Positions 46,444 to 57,013 of a stretch of 64,000 nucleotides of DNA are shown in pieces. The translations under genes were made by a program, and so were the position numbers. Where the stretch lies: assembly GCA_024681595.1 (NCBI GenBank), contig JAILAN010000101.1:1976-65975 (forward strand), read 5' to 3'. The number at the start of each line of letters is the position of its first letter. Position 1 is the first letter of the stretch. The notes under the pieces are model-generated. The model ran no database searches and was not told where the DNA came from. It saw only the letters and a program-made list of their open reading frames with translations. This DNA comes from Lachnospiraceae bacterium (GTDB lineage: Bacteria; Bacillota; Clostridia; Lachnospirales; Lachnospiraceae).

Positions 46444-46493
46444 ACGGCCTTTCCCGTTTCTCCCAAATGGGGATAGGAGAGGCCGTATTTTAT
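46444..46493 (+). terminator. Intra-operon hairpin (partial terminator/stabiliser) after the binding-protein gene
   Basis: ACGGCCT ... GGCCGT outer stem with inner CTCC/GGAG pairing, followed by ATTTTATT. Confidence 0.45.
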
Positions 46494-46553
46494 TGGATGA
46501 GGTTTTTTGATCTCCGAAATGAAACAAATAACTATTCCTTATAACGGAAGGAA

Positions 46554-47453
46554 ATGATCATGCACAAGAAGAATAAATCGATTACTATTTTCCTGTTTTT
46601 GCTTCCGGCTTTGGTTCTGTTCATTGGCATATTGATCTGGCCTATTTTTGCATCAGTTCATCATAGTTTATATCAATATCCTACTTTTTCTGATCCGGGA
46701 GAATTTGTCGGGTTCCAGAATTATATCGATCTTTTTAACAAACAGTATGATTTTGGAAAAGCCGTTGTTAATGCACTTATACTTGCGGCTTTGTCAGTCT
46801 TTATTCAGCTGCCGCTTTCTTTGGGCCTTGCATTGATGCTGGGTAAAGGAATCAAAGGCGAACGCTTCTATCTTTCAGTATACTTCACACCGGTTCTGAT
46901 TTCTGCGGTTGTTATCGGTATGCTGTGGGAAAAAATATATAATCCTATATACGGACTTGTTGTAAAGGGTGCCGAAGCGCTCAATATCATTGATAAGCTT
47001 CCCCCTGAAGGGCTTCTTGGTAATCCCAAGACTGCGCTTCTGGCGGTTTTCATTCCTACAATATGGCAATATGTAGGATATCATATGCTACTTATGTATG
47101 CGGGAATCAAGGGAGTATCTTCTGAACTTCGTGAAGCTGCCATGCTTGATGGCGCTACGGATGGTCAGGTTAACAGATACATCATCATTCCCATTATCAA
47201 ACCTATCATTAAGGTTAGTATCATTTTTGCCATTACCGGATCATTAAAGTCATACGATCTGATCAAGGTATTTGCCAAAGATGCGTATAACTGTTCTTAC
47301 AAAGTACCCAGCTTGCTGCTTGTTCGTTATGCGTTCCATAATGCAGGCGGTATAGCGAGTGCCATAGCCGTGATAATGATCGTCATGTGCTTCGCGTTTG
47401 CTATTCTGATCAACTGGTTGTTTAAGGAGAGAGATTTGTATGGCAAAAAGTAA
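46554..47453 (+). CDS. Sugar ABC transporter permease (MalF/UgpA type)
   Basis: EAA loop 'SELREAAMLDGATDGQVNRYIIIPIIKP'. The ATG at 46560 is an equally plausible start. Confidence 0.9.
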   Translation: MIMHKKNKSITIFLFLLPALVLFIGILIWPIFASVHHSLYQYPTFSDPGEFVGFQNYIDLFNKQYDFGKAVVNALILAALSVFIQLPLSLGLALMLGKGIKGERFYLSVYFTPVLISAVVIGMLWEKIYNPIYGLVVKGAEALNIIDKLPPEGLLGNPKTALLAVFIPTIWQYVGYHMLLMYAGIKGVSSELREAAMLDGATDGQVNRYIIIPIIKPIIKVSIIFAITGSLKSYDLIKVFAKDAYNCSYKVPSLLLVRYAFHNAGGIASAIAVIMIVMCFAFAILINWLFKERDLYGKK

Positions 47454-48360
47454 GGCAATATCATTTGATTCTGAAATGTACAGTGTCAAGAAAACGAATA
47501 AATTCGTTTCTGCACTTATTTATGTCGGACTTGTTGTCTGGCTTTTGATCGACCTGTTCCCGCTTTATTATCTGTTTACTTTTTCGCTGAAGAGTACAAA
47601 TGAGATAACAGGATCGAACGTTATAGGCCTACCCAAAGAATGGCTGTGGAGTAATTATTCCAGAGTGTTCACGCTTGGCAAGAAAACGGGTGTTCCTCCG
47701 GTCAGACATTTCTTTGCTAACGGTGGCCTTGAAAAGAGCTTTACAAACAGTGTTCTGGTAGCTGCTCTGACTATCATCATATGTCTCATAGCAGCTTTGA
47801 TGGCTACATATGCCATAACGAGAATAGTTTGGAAGGGCAGTCAGACGCTGAACAGTATATTTATGCTGGGAATCACGATCCCCATGCATGTTGCACTTTA
47901 TCCTATCTATGTTTCATTCAGCAAAATGGGAATACTCAAGAGCTATTGGGCACTTATCATTCCATATGCCGCCTTTTCCCTGTCGATGGCAATAATGGTT
48001 TGTACCGGATTCATGAACGACATACCGAAGGAACTTGATGAATCGGCATGTATTGACGGCTGTGGAACATGGGGAACATTCTTCCATATCATAGTTCCTT
48101 TGATGAAGCCAGCTCTTGCTACTATGGGTATATACATATTCCTGCAGTGCTGGAATGAGTTCATGTTCGCAAGTGTATTTGGAGATGAGGCTCATTATAC
48201 ATTGCCGGTATTCGTATCTAACCTTAAGGGTAGCAATATTACCGACTGGGGACTTGTGGGAGCCGGCCTGGTACTTGCAACATTCCCGATGCTTCTTGTT
48301 TATGTGTTCATGAGCAGACGTATTCAGGAAAGTTTCATGGTAGGTGCAGTCAAGGGCTGA
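47440..48360 (+). CDS. Sugar ABC transporter permease (MalG/UgpE type)
   Basis: EAA loop 'ELDESACIDGCGTWGTFFHIIVPLMKP'. Overlaps the upstream gene by 14 nt. Confidence 0.9.
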   Translation: MAKSKAISFDSEMYSVKKTNKFVSALIYVGLVVWLLIDLFPLYYLFTFSLKSTNEITGSNVIGLPKEWLWSNYSRVFTLGKKTGVPPVRHFFANGGLEKSFTNSVLVAALTIIICLIAALMATYAITRIVWKGSQTLNSIFMLGITIPMHVALYPIYVSFSKMGILKSYWALIIPYAAFSLSMAIMVCTGFMNDIPKELDESACIDGCGTWGTFFHIIVPLMKPALATMGIYIFLQCWNEFMFASVFGDEAHYTLPVFVSNLKGSNITDWGLVGAGLVLATFPMLLVYVFMSRRIQESFMVGAVKG

Positions 48361-48395
48361 TACTTTTTATACCTGAAATATATATGATTATATCG

Positions 48396-48424
48396 GGAGA
48401 CCGTCGATCGACGGTCTCCTTTTT
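48396..48424 (+). terminator. Rho-independent terminator of the ABC operon
   Basis: GGAGACCGTCGA / TCGACGGTCTCC perfect palindromic stem followed by TTTTT. Confidence 0.9.
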
Positions 48425-48477
48425 GCGTACTCGATTTTATTCGCTCTGAGTGCTAAAATAGCATAGACGGGGTTAAT

Positions 48478-50247
48478 ATGTATTTTATTAAGAACAGATT
48501 TTTTAATAACACTGGCAGAAGGAATTCACTGGTCACGGGATTAAGGACCATTACCTGCATTATGGTTCTTATCATGGCTGTTTCCTTCTTTTTTGCTGTG
48601 CTTTATCTGGTCCGGCAGGAGAGGGTTAAAACCATTACCAGTGAAGCGGAGCGCACTCTGAACTCCCTTGAGGACGGTGTTCTGGCTGAACTTAACAGAT
48701 ACAAGGAACTGTCTCGCCTTATCATGATGGATAAGGGGCTGGTCAATTATCTGTATGCTGATATCGGCGAGATAGACGGAGGAATGAAAAACAGAACCAG
48801 ATACAGTATTTTGAATATCCTTAATGTTACGACTATGGTCGATTCTGTATTTGCCTTCAGAAATGACGGACAGTATGTTAATTCAAGCCACGATATATAT
48901 ACCTTGGATGATTCCAGAATGAAAGATGACGAATGGTTAAAGACCATCCTTGAACGACGGGGCGCATCAGTGATCTCGGTAAATTGTAACGGTGCAATTT
49001 ACAGATCGAACGGATATCCGATAATCAGTATAGGACGAGTGATAAATGATATTTCCTCTCAGGAGAAGATAGGTATTCTGTTTATGAATATCTCAACAGT
49101 TTGCCTTGACAGAAAACTCGATGTCCTGGGCGGCAAAAATATGATCGTGATGTCCGAGGATGGGATCGTTCTGTCCGGTGATGCATCATTAAAAGGCTAT
49201 ATCCCGACAGACGGTTATTCGGAGACTATCAATCATGAAATGATAAGAGACGGTGTATCCAACATAATGATCTCGTACTGTCTGGTTCCTGATACACCGC
49301 TGATCATCGCCTGCGTTACTGAAGTAGGCAATGGCTTTGTGATGTTCGAAACAGTCAGGGTCATTATCGTCCTTATTCTGATATTTGCATTGCTGGTAAT
49401 CATCGTTAGTGCATTCATCACCAAAAATGTGACCAATCCGGTTCAGGTGCTGACACGTGCAATGGAGCACAATAAAGAAACCGGACGACTTGAGACTATA
49501 GACGCCCGCATTGTCGATAATGAGATCGGAATGTTGCGTGACTCATACAATGCAATGGTTCTTCGTATAAATGAGTTATATGAAAAAAACGTCAACAATG
49601 AAAAAGCGATCAGAAGGGCTGAACTGAGGGTTTTACAGGAACAGATCAAACCGCATTTTCTGTATAATTCTATAGAGACTATTGGATTTATGGCGCTTGA
49701 TGCAGGGGCTGACCGGGTGCATGATGCGTTGGAGACCATGGGCAGTTTTTATCGTAATTTTCTTAGTAAAGGTGACAGACAGATCCCTCTTTCCAGAGAG
49801 GTGCAGATCGTTAAAGATTATCTGTCCCTGCAGAAGCTGCGTTACGGTGATATTATTGAGGATACCTATGATATAGCACCCGGAACGGAAAGCTTTATAG
49901 TGCCGAAACTGATATTACAGCCATTGGTTGAAAACAGTATCTATCACGGAATACGTCTAAAGGGAGAAAAGGGTATAATAAAGATATCTTCTTTTTTGGA
50001 TGGCGACATTCTGCACCTAAAAGTTAAAGATACCGGTGTGGGCATGTCCCCGGAAACTATTGATTCGATCCTGTCGACCAAAGGGCAGGATGTACCGGAT
50101 AGAAATGAAGACAGCTTTGGACTCTGGGGCACGATTGAGAGAGTCAGGATATTCTGCAATGATGAAGATATTGTAAGGATCACCAGTGAACCCGGGGAAT
50201 TCACGACCATTGAGTTTCTGATCAAGGCCAGAAAATTTATAGTATAA
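48478..50247 (+). CDS. YesM-type sensor histidine kinase (2 TM, HAMP, His_kinase, HATPase)
   Basis: 'QIKPHFLYNSIETI' (phospho-acceptor region of LytS/YesM-type kinases), 'LQPLVENSIYHG', 'DTGVGM'. Confidence 0.9.
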   Translation: MYFIKNRFFNNTGRRNSLVTGLRTITCIMVLIMAVSFFFAVLYLVRQERVKTITSEAERTLNSLEDGVLAELNRYKELSRLIMMDKGLVNYLYADIGEIDGGMKNRTRYSILNILNVTTMVDSVFAFRNDGQYVNSSHDIYTLDDSRMKDDEWLKTILERRGASVISVNCNGAIYRSNGYPIISIGRVINDISSQEKIGILFMNISTVCLDRKLDVLGGKNMIVMSEDGIVLSGDASLKGYIPTDGYSETINHEMIRDGVSNIMISYCLVPDTPLIIACVTEVGNGFVMFETVRVIIVLILIFALLVIIVSAFITKNVTNPVQVLTRAMEHNKETGRLETIDARIVDNEIGMLRDSYNAMVLRINELYEKNVNNEKAIRRAELRVLQEQIKPHFLYNSIETIGFMALDAGADRVHDALETMGSFYRNFLSKGDRQIPLSREVQIVKDYLSLQKLRYGDIIEDTYDIAPGTESFIVPKLILQPLVENSIYHGIRLKGEKGIIKISSFLDGDILHLKVKDTGVGMSPETIDSILSTKGQDVPDRNEDSFGLWGTIERVRIFCNDEDIVRITSEPGEFTTIEFLIKARKFIV

Positions 50248-50257
50248 TGGGGGAATT

Positions 50258-51022
50258 ATGGACAGAAGATTCAGAGTCATGATAATTGATGATGAGGAAT
50301 CAGCCAGAAAACTGATGAGAGCATCCATCGACTGGGACTCATTAAATATGGATGTTGTTGGGGAAGCTGCCAGCGGGATCGAGGCGATCAATGTAATTGA
50401 TGATCTTAAACCGGATATAGCGTTTGTTGATATCTCTATGCCTTTTATGAACGGTATCGAGTTCACACAGACTGCGACTGACAGATATCCTAACCTGATC
50501 ATTATCATCATGACAGCCATAGACCAGTTTGAGTATGCGAGAAAATGTGTTTCTTTACCGGTGTTTGAATATATGCTTAAACCCATGGTCAGATCTGAGA
50601 TCACACAGGTTCTTATGCGTGTCAGAGACAGGCTGTTAATTGAAAAAGATTTCTGGGAGGAATCCCGTCAGGAATCGGAGATCGATATTCCCGGTGAATC
50701 TAGTACCATAGAAGCTATCAAGAAATATGTAGAAGAAAACTTCAAGGACTCAAAACTGAACCTTGCATATGTTGCCCAACAGTTCGGGTTTAGTTCAAGC
50801 TATCTGTCAAGAAAATTCAAGCAGGATACGGGTGTGAATTTTGTTGAATATCTGACGGATCTTCGTATGAAAAAAGCTATCAAGCTGGCTTGTTCTAACG
50901 TTAAGATGTTTGTTACGGCATCTGAAGTGGGAATCCCGGATCCTAATTATTTTGGGCGATGCTTTAAAAAATATACGGGAATGAGTTATTCGGATTATGT
51001 TTCCGAAAATCAGAATGTATAG
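50258..51022 (+). CDS. YesN-type response regulator (REC + AraC-type HTH)
   Basis: REC 'VMIIDDEESAR...PDIAFVDISMPFMNG'. AraC HTH 'LAYVAQQFGFSSSYLSRKFKQDTG...GIPDPNYFGRCFKKYTG'. Confidence 0.9.
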   Translation: MDRRFRVMIIDDEESARKLMRASIDWDSLNMDVVGEAASGIEAINVIDDLKPDIAFVDISMPFMNGIEFTQTATDRYPNLIIIIMTAIDQFEYARKCVSLPVFEYMLKPMVRSEITQVLMRVRDRLLIEKDFWEESRQESEIDIPGESSTIEAIKKYVEENFKDSKLNLAYVAQQFGFSSSYLSRKFKQDTGVNFVEYLTDLRMKKAIKLACSNVKMFVTASEVGIPDPNYFGRCFKKYTGMSYSDYVSENQNV

Positions 51023-51046
51023 CGGATATGAGAATACGAGGTCGAT

Positions 51047-52027
51047 TCAGACCACGTCATTCGGATAGAGGGATGCTATAAAGGAAATGATCTCATCCCA
51101 TGCATCTTTGGATTCGGGAAATGTGTTAAGACCCAGCTGAAATACATGGAACATACCGGGGTAAGTGTGCATAGTGACACTTACTCCTTCTTTTTGCGCT
51201 TTTTTGGCTACGCTGGCTGTGTCATCGAGCAGCATCTCAAGTTCTCCGACCTGCATCAGCATAGGAGGGAAATCTTTAAATGAACCGAAAACAGGAGAGA
51301 TATAAGGAATTGCGGGATCGTTCTGACCATAATATCCTTTTTTGTAAACGAGAGTATGCTTTGTGCCTCCGAAAACGGGATCATTATCGAAATTCTCACT
51401 GTATGAATCACCGCTTTTAGTCAGATCTGTCCAAGCCGACATTGTAATGACACCGTGAGGAAGATCTATATTATGGTCTCTGAGATACATGATAAGTGCA
51501 AGCGACAGCCCACCGCCTGCAGAGTCACCGGAAACAATGATATTATCAGCCTGATAACCCTGCGACAGAAGCCAGTTGTATGTCTGTGCGGCATCATCCA
51601 AAGCGGCAGGATATGGATTTTCGGGTGCAACACGATAATCAGGTGAAGCCACATCAAATCCTGTAAGAGAATTATAATATGTGGCAACTGCCCGATAGGT
51701 ATTGTGAAGCCTTCCGTAATATCCGCCTCCGTGAAGCTGAAGTATGATACGTCGTTTGGCTTTGCGGGCGTTGTTATTCTTATCTCTTAGCAGCTCAAAA
51801 TGAAATGTGCCCATATCTATAACGGTGTTACTTAGATTCTCAGGGAAGTGCCATATATGCTCGTGCTCGCTGATGAGATTTTGCAGGATACCGTTTACCC
51901 GAAGGGTACCAAGAACTGGCATGTGATTGGCTACTTTTACGATCCTGCGGGCGGTTTTGCCACGCAGGCTTATTTCTTCTTTTTGATTATCGATTGTTGG
52001 ATCGGTATGGTTAGTTTTTTCTGTCAT
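51047..52027 (-). CDS. Alpha/beta-hydrolase esterase/lipase (hormone-sensitive-lipase family)
   Basis: Oxyanion motif 'LHGGGY' and nucleophile elbow 'GDSAGG'. Typical length of about 326 aa. Confidence 0.85.
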   Translation of the reverse strand: MTEKTNHTDPTIDNQKEEISLRGKTARRIVKVANHMPVLGTLRVNGILQNLISEHEHIWHFPENLSNTVIDMGTFHFELLRDKNNNARKAKRRIILQLHGGGYYGRLHNTYRAVATYYNSLTGFDVASPDYRVAPENPYPAALDDAAQTYNWLLSQGYQADNIIVSGDSAGGGLSLALIMYLRDHNIDLPHGVITMSAWTDLTKSGDSYSENFDNDPVFGGTKHTLVYKKGYYGQNDPAIPYISPVFGSFKDFPPMLMQVGELEMLLDDTASVAKKAQKEGVSVTMHTYPGMFHVFQLGLNTFPESKDAWDEIISFIASLYPNDVV

Positions 52028-52033
52028 GTTATT

Positions 52034-52729
52034 TTATATGTGAATTCGACGCTTGAGTTCGTGCTGTGCACTTTTGCCGCCAAATAGTATGGCGCCGAAA
52101 GCAGACAGGCATGAGACACCAGAGCATATGAGAGGCATAAGGAATATATGGATCTTTCCGGCAAAATACAGTGTCAATATGGCTATAGAACATATAGCCA
52201 TCAAAAGCAGCAGCAAAAGATAACTCTGCCAGCGGCTTTTGTTAAGTATCATGAGGAAAAATACGAGCCCGTCACCGAGCAGTATTATTCCGGGAATAGC
52301 CCATTGCAAAGACCAGCCGTGCATGCCGTTGGTATAATCGATGATCAGAAGAAAGATCATGGTGATCATAAGCTGAAGACCTACCTTGGCGGCAAATCCC
52401 GAATCATATGTAACCCAGTAGACGAGAAACAGATAAATGTAGATCAATGATACTCCTGTTATCAAAGACCATGGATATGATACGTGAGTCATATAATTGA
52501 TGGATACCATGATAGCCTCTGCAACAACAAAGATAAACAATACCAGCTTCAGTATGAAGCGAAGTATCTTTTGGCGCTTCTGAACGTTGGGATAATATGA
52601 AGCATCTCCGAATCGCGCTCTAATGTGGCTTTCTTCATCACTGTTTATTTCTTCGGTAACACAACTGCACAGAGGACAAACCTCCTCGTTATGATACAGG
52701 GTTATTTTGCAGGAAGGACACCGTGTCAT
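52034..52729 (-). CDS. Zinc-ribbon membrane protein (DUF6320-like)
   Basis: N-terminal 'CPSCKITLYHNEEVCPLCSC' followed by about 6 TM segments. 4-nt overlap with the upstream gene. Confidence 0.65.
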   Translation of the reverse strand: MTRCPSCKITLYHNEEVCPLCSCVTEEINSDEESHIRARFGDASYYPNVQKRQKILRFILKLVLFIFVVAEAIMVSINYMTHVSYPWSLITGVSLIYIYLFLVYWVTYDSGFAAKVGLQLMITMIFLLIIDYTNGMHGWSLQWAIPGIILLGDGLVFFLMILNKSRWQSYLLLLLLMAICSIAILTLYFAGKIHIFLMPLICSGVSCLSAFGAILFGGKSAQHELKRRIHI

Positions 52730-54039
52730 GTATTATCCTCCATATATTCGTTAGTCTCGATCATCACATCTATTCCTTCCGATGCCATGATCCGGAAAAA
52801 TCTCTTCTGTATGGATACATCAGCAAGTTTGGAAGTGAAATTTACTGTAAAAATTCCGTTACAGCAAACTATAGTGCCTTTGATATCCTGACCTTTGGAG
52901 AGGGCCAGCATGGCATAGATCCTGTCAACGTACTTATCATATGGCTCGCGGAACTTTACATCTCCGATATTGGTCATCGTTGAAGTTGCTTTGTCGGCAG
53001 TTGCATAATATACACTTCGTATAGCGATATTCTTAATAAACAGAGGTATAGGACGTAGGAATACATTCTGCTCATTTGACACGTTATAGGACAAAATCGT
53101 ATCAAGATTATCCTTAGTCATCTGAGACTTAAGGCTTTCTGAAACGATCTTAAGAACATCGTTAAACGTATATTCCCTGTCTTCGGGCCTGAATGATGCC
53201 ATTGTCATGGCAAAGAAGTTTTTAACGGTGCTTGACCCGTAAAAGGAGCGCAGATCAACAGGAACACAGCAGTTAATGGGCCTTGCAGAAGGTGCGCCTT
53301 TAAGATATTCGACGTATATTGAATATACAAAGACTGATACCAGAAACTGGTTAATAGTGACTCCGTACTTTTTGGCAACTGTTTTTATATCATCCAGTCT
53401 GAAACAGCCATGAATGAGTTTCATTTCCCCTTTGGGGAGTTTTTCTCCTTTGATGATCACAGCTTTGCCGCCACGATAAGCTTCATCATGGCTTTTTGCA
53501 CTTTTAAAGCTCTTAAGATACGAATCTTCCATGTCGAGTGTCACACCGGGGGAGAGTCTGTCTTTTTCTCCGGACAGTTCATCGGGATGTGACAGTCTCA
53601 GATACTGATAGACCAGTTCTTTTAGAAACAGCAGACCGCCGTATCCGTCTGTAAGAGCATGAAATACCTCCAGATTGATACGTTTTTTATAATATGTGAC
53701 ACGAAACATATAATGATTGTTTCGGCTTTTATTTATATATGTACCGGGATATGAGTTTTCTTCTGTTACTTTGGGAGGCTTTCTGTCATTTTCCTCAAAA
53801 TAATACCAGAAAATGCCCATTTTAAGACGCATACGGAAAGGAAGAAACTGCGGGAGCAGAATGTCCTGAGCCTGCTGGAGCAGATCTCCGTCAATTTCTT
53901 CTTTGAGCAGGGCGCTTATTCGATAGGTGCTGCTCATCTCCGAACTGGCGATAACAGGGAAAAGCAATGCTGTATTGTCGAGCTTTGCCCATGCAGGATG
54001 GTTCTTTGAAATTGACCCTTTGTTTTTTGGCGTTTTCAT
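52726..54039 (-). CDS. Condensation/alcohol-acetyltransferase-like HxxxD acyltransferase
   Basis: 'WAKLDNTALLFP' N-terminus and an intact 'HALTDGYGG' (HxxxDG) catalytic motif. 437 aa. Confidence 0.7.
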   Translation of the reverse strand: MKTPKNKGSISKNHPAWAKLDNTALLFPVIASSEMSSTYRISALLKEEIDGDLLQQAQDILLPQFLPFRMRLKMGIFWYYFEENDRKPPKVTEENSYPGTYINKSRNNHYMFRVTYYKKRINLEVFHALTDGYGGLLFLKELVYQYLRLSHPDELSGEKDRLSPGVTLDMEDSYLKSFKSAKSHDEAYRGGKAVIIKGEKLPKGEMKLIHGCFRLDDIKTVAKKYGVTINQFLVSVFVYSIYVEYLKGAPSARPINCCVPVDLRSFYGSSTVKNFFAMTMASFRPEDREYTFNDVLKIVSESLKSQMTKDNLDTILSYNVSNEQNVFLRPIPLFIKNIAIRSVYYATADKATSTMTNIGDVKFREPYDKYVDRIYAMLALSKGQDIKGTIVCCNGIFTVNFTSKLADVSIQKRFFRIMASEGIDVMIETNEYMEDNT

Positions 54040-54173
54040 CCTTTCTATTTTGACAGAAATACGTTATTTTTTCAATATAACGATCATGGTTTGCGAATAT
54101 ATTAAGAAAACATATTTTAATTAAGATATCAGTGAAGTATAATGTGATAAAAATACTCTGAAGGAGACAAAAC

Positions 54174-55976
54174 ATGATAAAAACTGTTAATACAAAACTT
54201 ATTCACAGTATTTTTTCCGACAGACTTAATGTTGACAAAAGATACCTGTTATCTCTTGACTCGAGAGCATTACTTCAGAACTATACACTGGAAGCCGGTG
54301 TCATACTTGAGAATAATCAGATAACCCCGGATCCTTCGAACACATATCTTCATTGGGGATGGGAATCACCGATGTGTCAGCTTCGCGGACACTTCCTGGG
54401 ACACTGGATGAGTGCCGCTTCGAAGATCATATGCTTTGAAGGAAGCCGTGAGCTTGATGCAAAGTTAAAAGATATTATCGATAAACTTGCTGAATATCAG
54501 GAACTTAACGGTGACGGATGGGTTGCACCGATACCGCAAAAGTACATGTATATCCTGAGACAGAAAGACCGGTATATATGGTCTCCGCAGTATACAATGC
54601 ATAAATTCCTCATGGGTCTTATCGATACCTATGAATATACCGGCTATTCCAAGGCTCTTGAGGTCTTTTCCGGCCTGGCAGACTGGTATGTTAACTGGGT
54701 AAAGGACAATAATGAAAAATGTCCTGAGGCGACATACCTCGGTGAAACCGGAGGAATGCTTGAAATCTGGGCCAGAGCCTATATTCTGACGGGAGATAAA
54801 AAGTATCTTGATCTGGCACATGAATATGATCATCCCACTCTTTTTGATGCGTTGAATAACGGAGATGATCCACTGACCGATAATCATTCAAATGCCAGCA
54901 TTCCCTGGTCTCATGGGCTATGTGCAATGTATATAGCTACAGGAGAAGATCGTTATCTTAAACTGGCTAAGAAGTTCTGGAAATGCGCGGTTAAGGATCG
55001 TGAAGCTTATGCTACAAACGGCCAGAATGCCGGTGAATTCTGGATAGGTAAGGGAAAGCTCGGAGAATACATGTCTGATAGGAATCAGGAGTTTTGTACC
55101 GTATATAACATGGTCAGACTGGCGGATTATCTGTTCAGATTTACCGGCAAGACCGAGTATTCCGATTATATCGAAAGATGTATCTATAATGGTTTCCTGG
55201 CCCAGCAGAATCCAAATACAGGAATGCCAACATATTTTCTGCCCATGAAGAGCAGATCAAAGAAAACCTGGGGCAGTAAGACGCATGATTTCTGGTGCTG
55301 CCACGGAACGATGATCCAGTCTCCGACACTGTATCACAATCTGACATTCTACTATGATAAAGATAATAAGCAGATCATTATTTCGCAGTTTATTCCGGGC
55401 AAGGCTACTGTCGAAATCGATGGAGTTGAATGCACGATCGAACTAAATTCAGACGACAAAGGTTCTCCTGTAGATACGCTCTTTGAAGAAACTGCGGACA
55501 GTAAGGTGTCCAGATGGAATTTTGTACTTAATGTTCATTGTAATAGCAATACGGAGTTCACCCTATCTGTCAGGATACCCGATTGGGCATCGGGAAGTGT
55601 CGAATTTAAAAACGATGATAATTCCCCTGCTGATGGAAAAACGGATGAAGATGGCTATTACAGGCTCAAAAGATCATGGTCAGAAGAGACATTCAGATTC
55701 GGATTTGAAGCACCTTTGTATCTGCAGCCCCTGCCGGATCGGAGTGACCTGGCTGCTGTTATGGAGGGACCTATCGTTATCGCGTCGGTGGGAGAGAGCG
55801 CCACGCTTAAGGATGAACCGGCCAAGTGCCTGATACCCAAGACCGAAAGGGTATATCAGACTATTCCGTGGATGCAGAGTCACTACTTTTTACCTACTAA
55901 GGGTGCAGACAGAGACTTTATCCCGTTATATGAAATAACAGATGAAGAATACAGCATCTATCAGAAGATCAAATAA
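54174..55976 (+). CDS. Glycoside hydrolase family 127 (beta-L-arabinofuranosidase-like, DUF1680)
   Basis: About 600 aa. 'HWGWESPMCQLRGHFLGHW', 'YATNGQNAGEFW', and 'DFWCCHGTM' (the Cys-Cys of the Zn/catalytic site in GH127). Confidence 0.8.
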   Translation: MIKTVNTKLIHSIFSDRLNVDKRYLLSLDSRALLQNYTLEAGVILENNQITPDPSNTYLHWGWESPMCQLRGHFLGHWMSAASKIICFEGSRELDAKLKDIIDKLAEYQELNGDGWVAPIPQKYMYILRQKDRYIWSPQYTMHKFLMGLIDTYEYTGYSKALEVFSGLADWYVNWVKDNNEKCPEATYLGETGGMLEIWARAYILTGDKKYLDLAHEYDHPTLFDALNNGDDPLTDNHSNASIPWSHGLCAMYIATGEDRYLKLAKKFWKCAVKDREAYATNGQNAGEFWIGKGKLGEYMSDRNQEFCTVYNMVRLADYLFRFTGKTEYSDYIERCIYNGFLAQQNPNTGMPTYFLPMKSRSKKTWGSKTHDFWCCHGTMIQSPTLYHNLTFYYDKDNKQIIISQFIPGKATVEIDGVECTIELNSDDKGSPVDTLFEETADSKVSRWNFVLNVHCNSNTEFTLSVRIPDWASGSVEFKNDDNSPADGKTDEDGYYRLKRSWSEETFRFGFEAPLYLQPLPDRSDLAAVMEGPIVIASVGESATLKDEPAKCLIPKTERVYQTIPWMQSHYFLPTKGADRDFIPLYEITDEEYSIYQKIK

Positions 55977-55990
55977 AGATTAATTATATA

Positions 55991-56025
55991 AAAGGATGGC
56001 CGTATTTATATCGGCCATCCTTTTT
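55991..56025. terminator. Bidirectional terminator between GH127 and gpmA
   Basis: AAAGGATGGCCG / CGGCCATCCTTT stem flanked by A-rich sequence on the left and T-rich sequence on the right. Confidence 0.85.
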
Positions 56026-56045
56026 AAGTACAATTTAATAAAGAG

Positions 56046-56792
56046 TTACGCTTTTTTGCCCTGATTGGCAACTGCATCCATCTTGGCTTTCAATGCTTCC
56101 TGATCGCCGAGATAATAATGCTTTATAACCTTGAAATCATCATCGAATTCATAAACGAGCGGAACAGCTGTAGGAATATTGACTCCAATGATCTCTTCGG
56201 GAGACATATCGTCAAAGTACTTAACAAGTGCACGGAGTGAATTCCCGTGAGCGGCAATAACTACACGCTTGCCTGCTTCCATGTCCTTCTTGATAACATC
56301 ATTAAAGTAAGGAACAACTCTTTCAATCGTAGTTTCCAAAGATTCGTTGGGAGGAAGAAGAGCTTTGTCAACATCTCTGAACATCTCCATCTTAGTTGCG
56401 CTTCTTTCATCACTTTCTTCAAGTGCAGGGGGTTTAACATCGAAGGAACGTCTCCAGATCTTAACCTGTTCTTCGCCGTATTTTTCAGCAGTCTCTGATT
56501 TGTTAAGACCCTGAAGGGCACCGTAATGACGCTCGTTGAGCTTCCATGATTTGATAACGGGAAGCCATGCTCTGTCCATTTCGTCAAGACAGATATTCAA
56601 GGTGTGGATAGCACGCTTAAGATATGATGTATAACAAACATCAAAATCATAACCTTCTTCTTTGAGGATCTTACCGGCATTCTTGGCTTCCTCACGACCC
56701 TTGTCAGAAAGATCTACATCCGTCCAGCCTGTGAAGAGGTTAAGCTTGTTCCATTCACTTTCACCATGTCTTATCAATACTAGTTTCATCAT
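56046..56792 (-). CDS. gpmA: 2,3-bisphosphoglycerate-dependent phosphoglycerate mutase
   Basis: '[21 protein letters not shown]', 'ERHYGALQG', '[10 protein letters not shown]'. Confidence 0.95.
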   Translation of the reverse strand: MMKLVLIRHGESEWNKLNLFTGWTDVDLSDKGREEAKNAGKILKEEGYDFDVCYTSYLKRAIHTLNICLDEMDRAWLPVIKSWKLNERHYGALQGLNKSETAEKYGEEQVKIWRRSFDVKPPALEESDERSATKMEMFRDVDKALLPPNESLETTIERVVPYFNDVIKKDMEAGKRVVIAAHGNSLRALVKYFDDMSPEEIIGVNIPTAVPLVYEFDDDFKVIKHYYLGDQEALKAKMDAVANQGKKA

Positions 56793-57013
56793 AGGTTTGT
56801 TCTCCGTTTCTTTATGAATCTGTGTCGGCTGATGCTGACGATAACTATGCTAACATATTATCCTGAATTTTTAAAGGTCAAAGTACAGGTTCTTTATGAT
56901 AATAAATCCACTTGTTCTTGAAGAATCATCTCTAAAATACTAAAATATATTTATCTGACCATGGTCGCGGGAGATCAGGTCATTTTGATTATTTAAGAAT
57001 TTCGGAGACTAAG

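Noticed and set aside
50017-50604. 195-aa minus-strand ORF spanning the YesM/YesN junction
   Set aside because: It is antisense to two well-supported signalling genes and shows no motifs.
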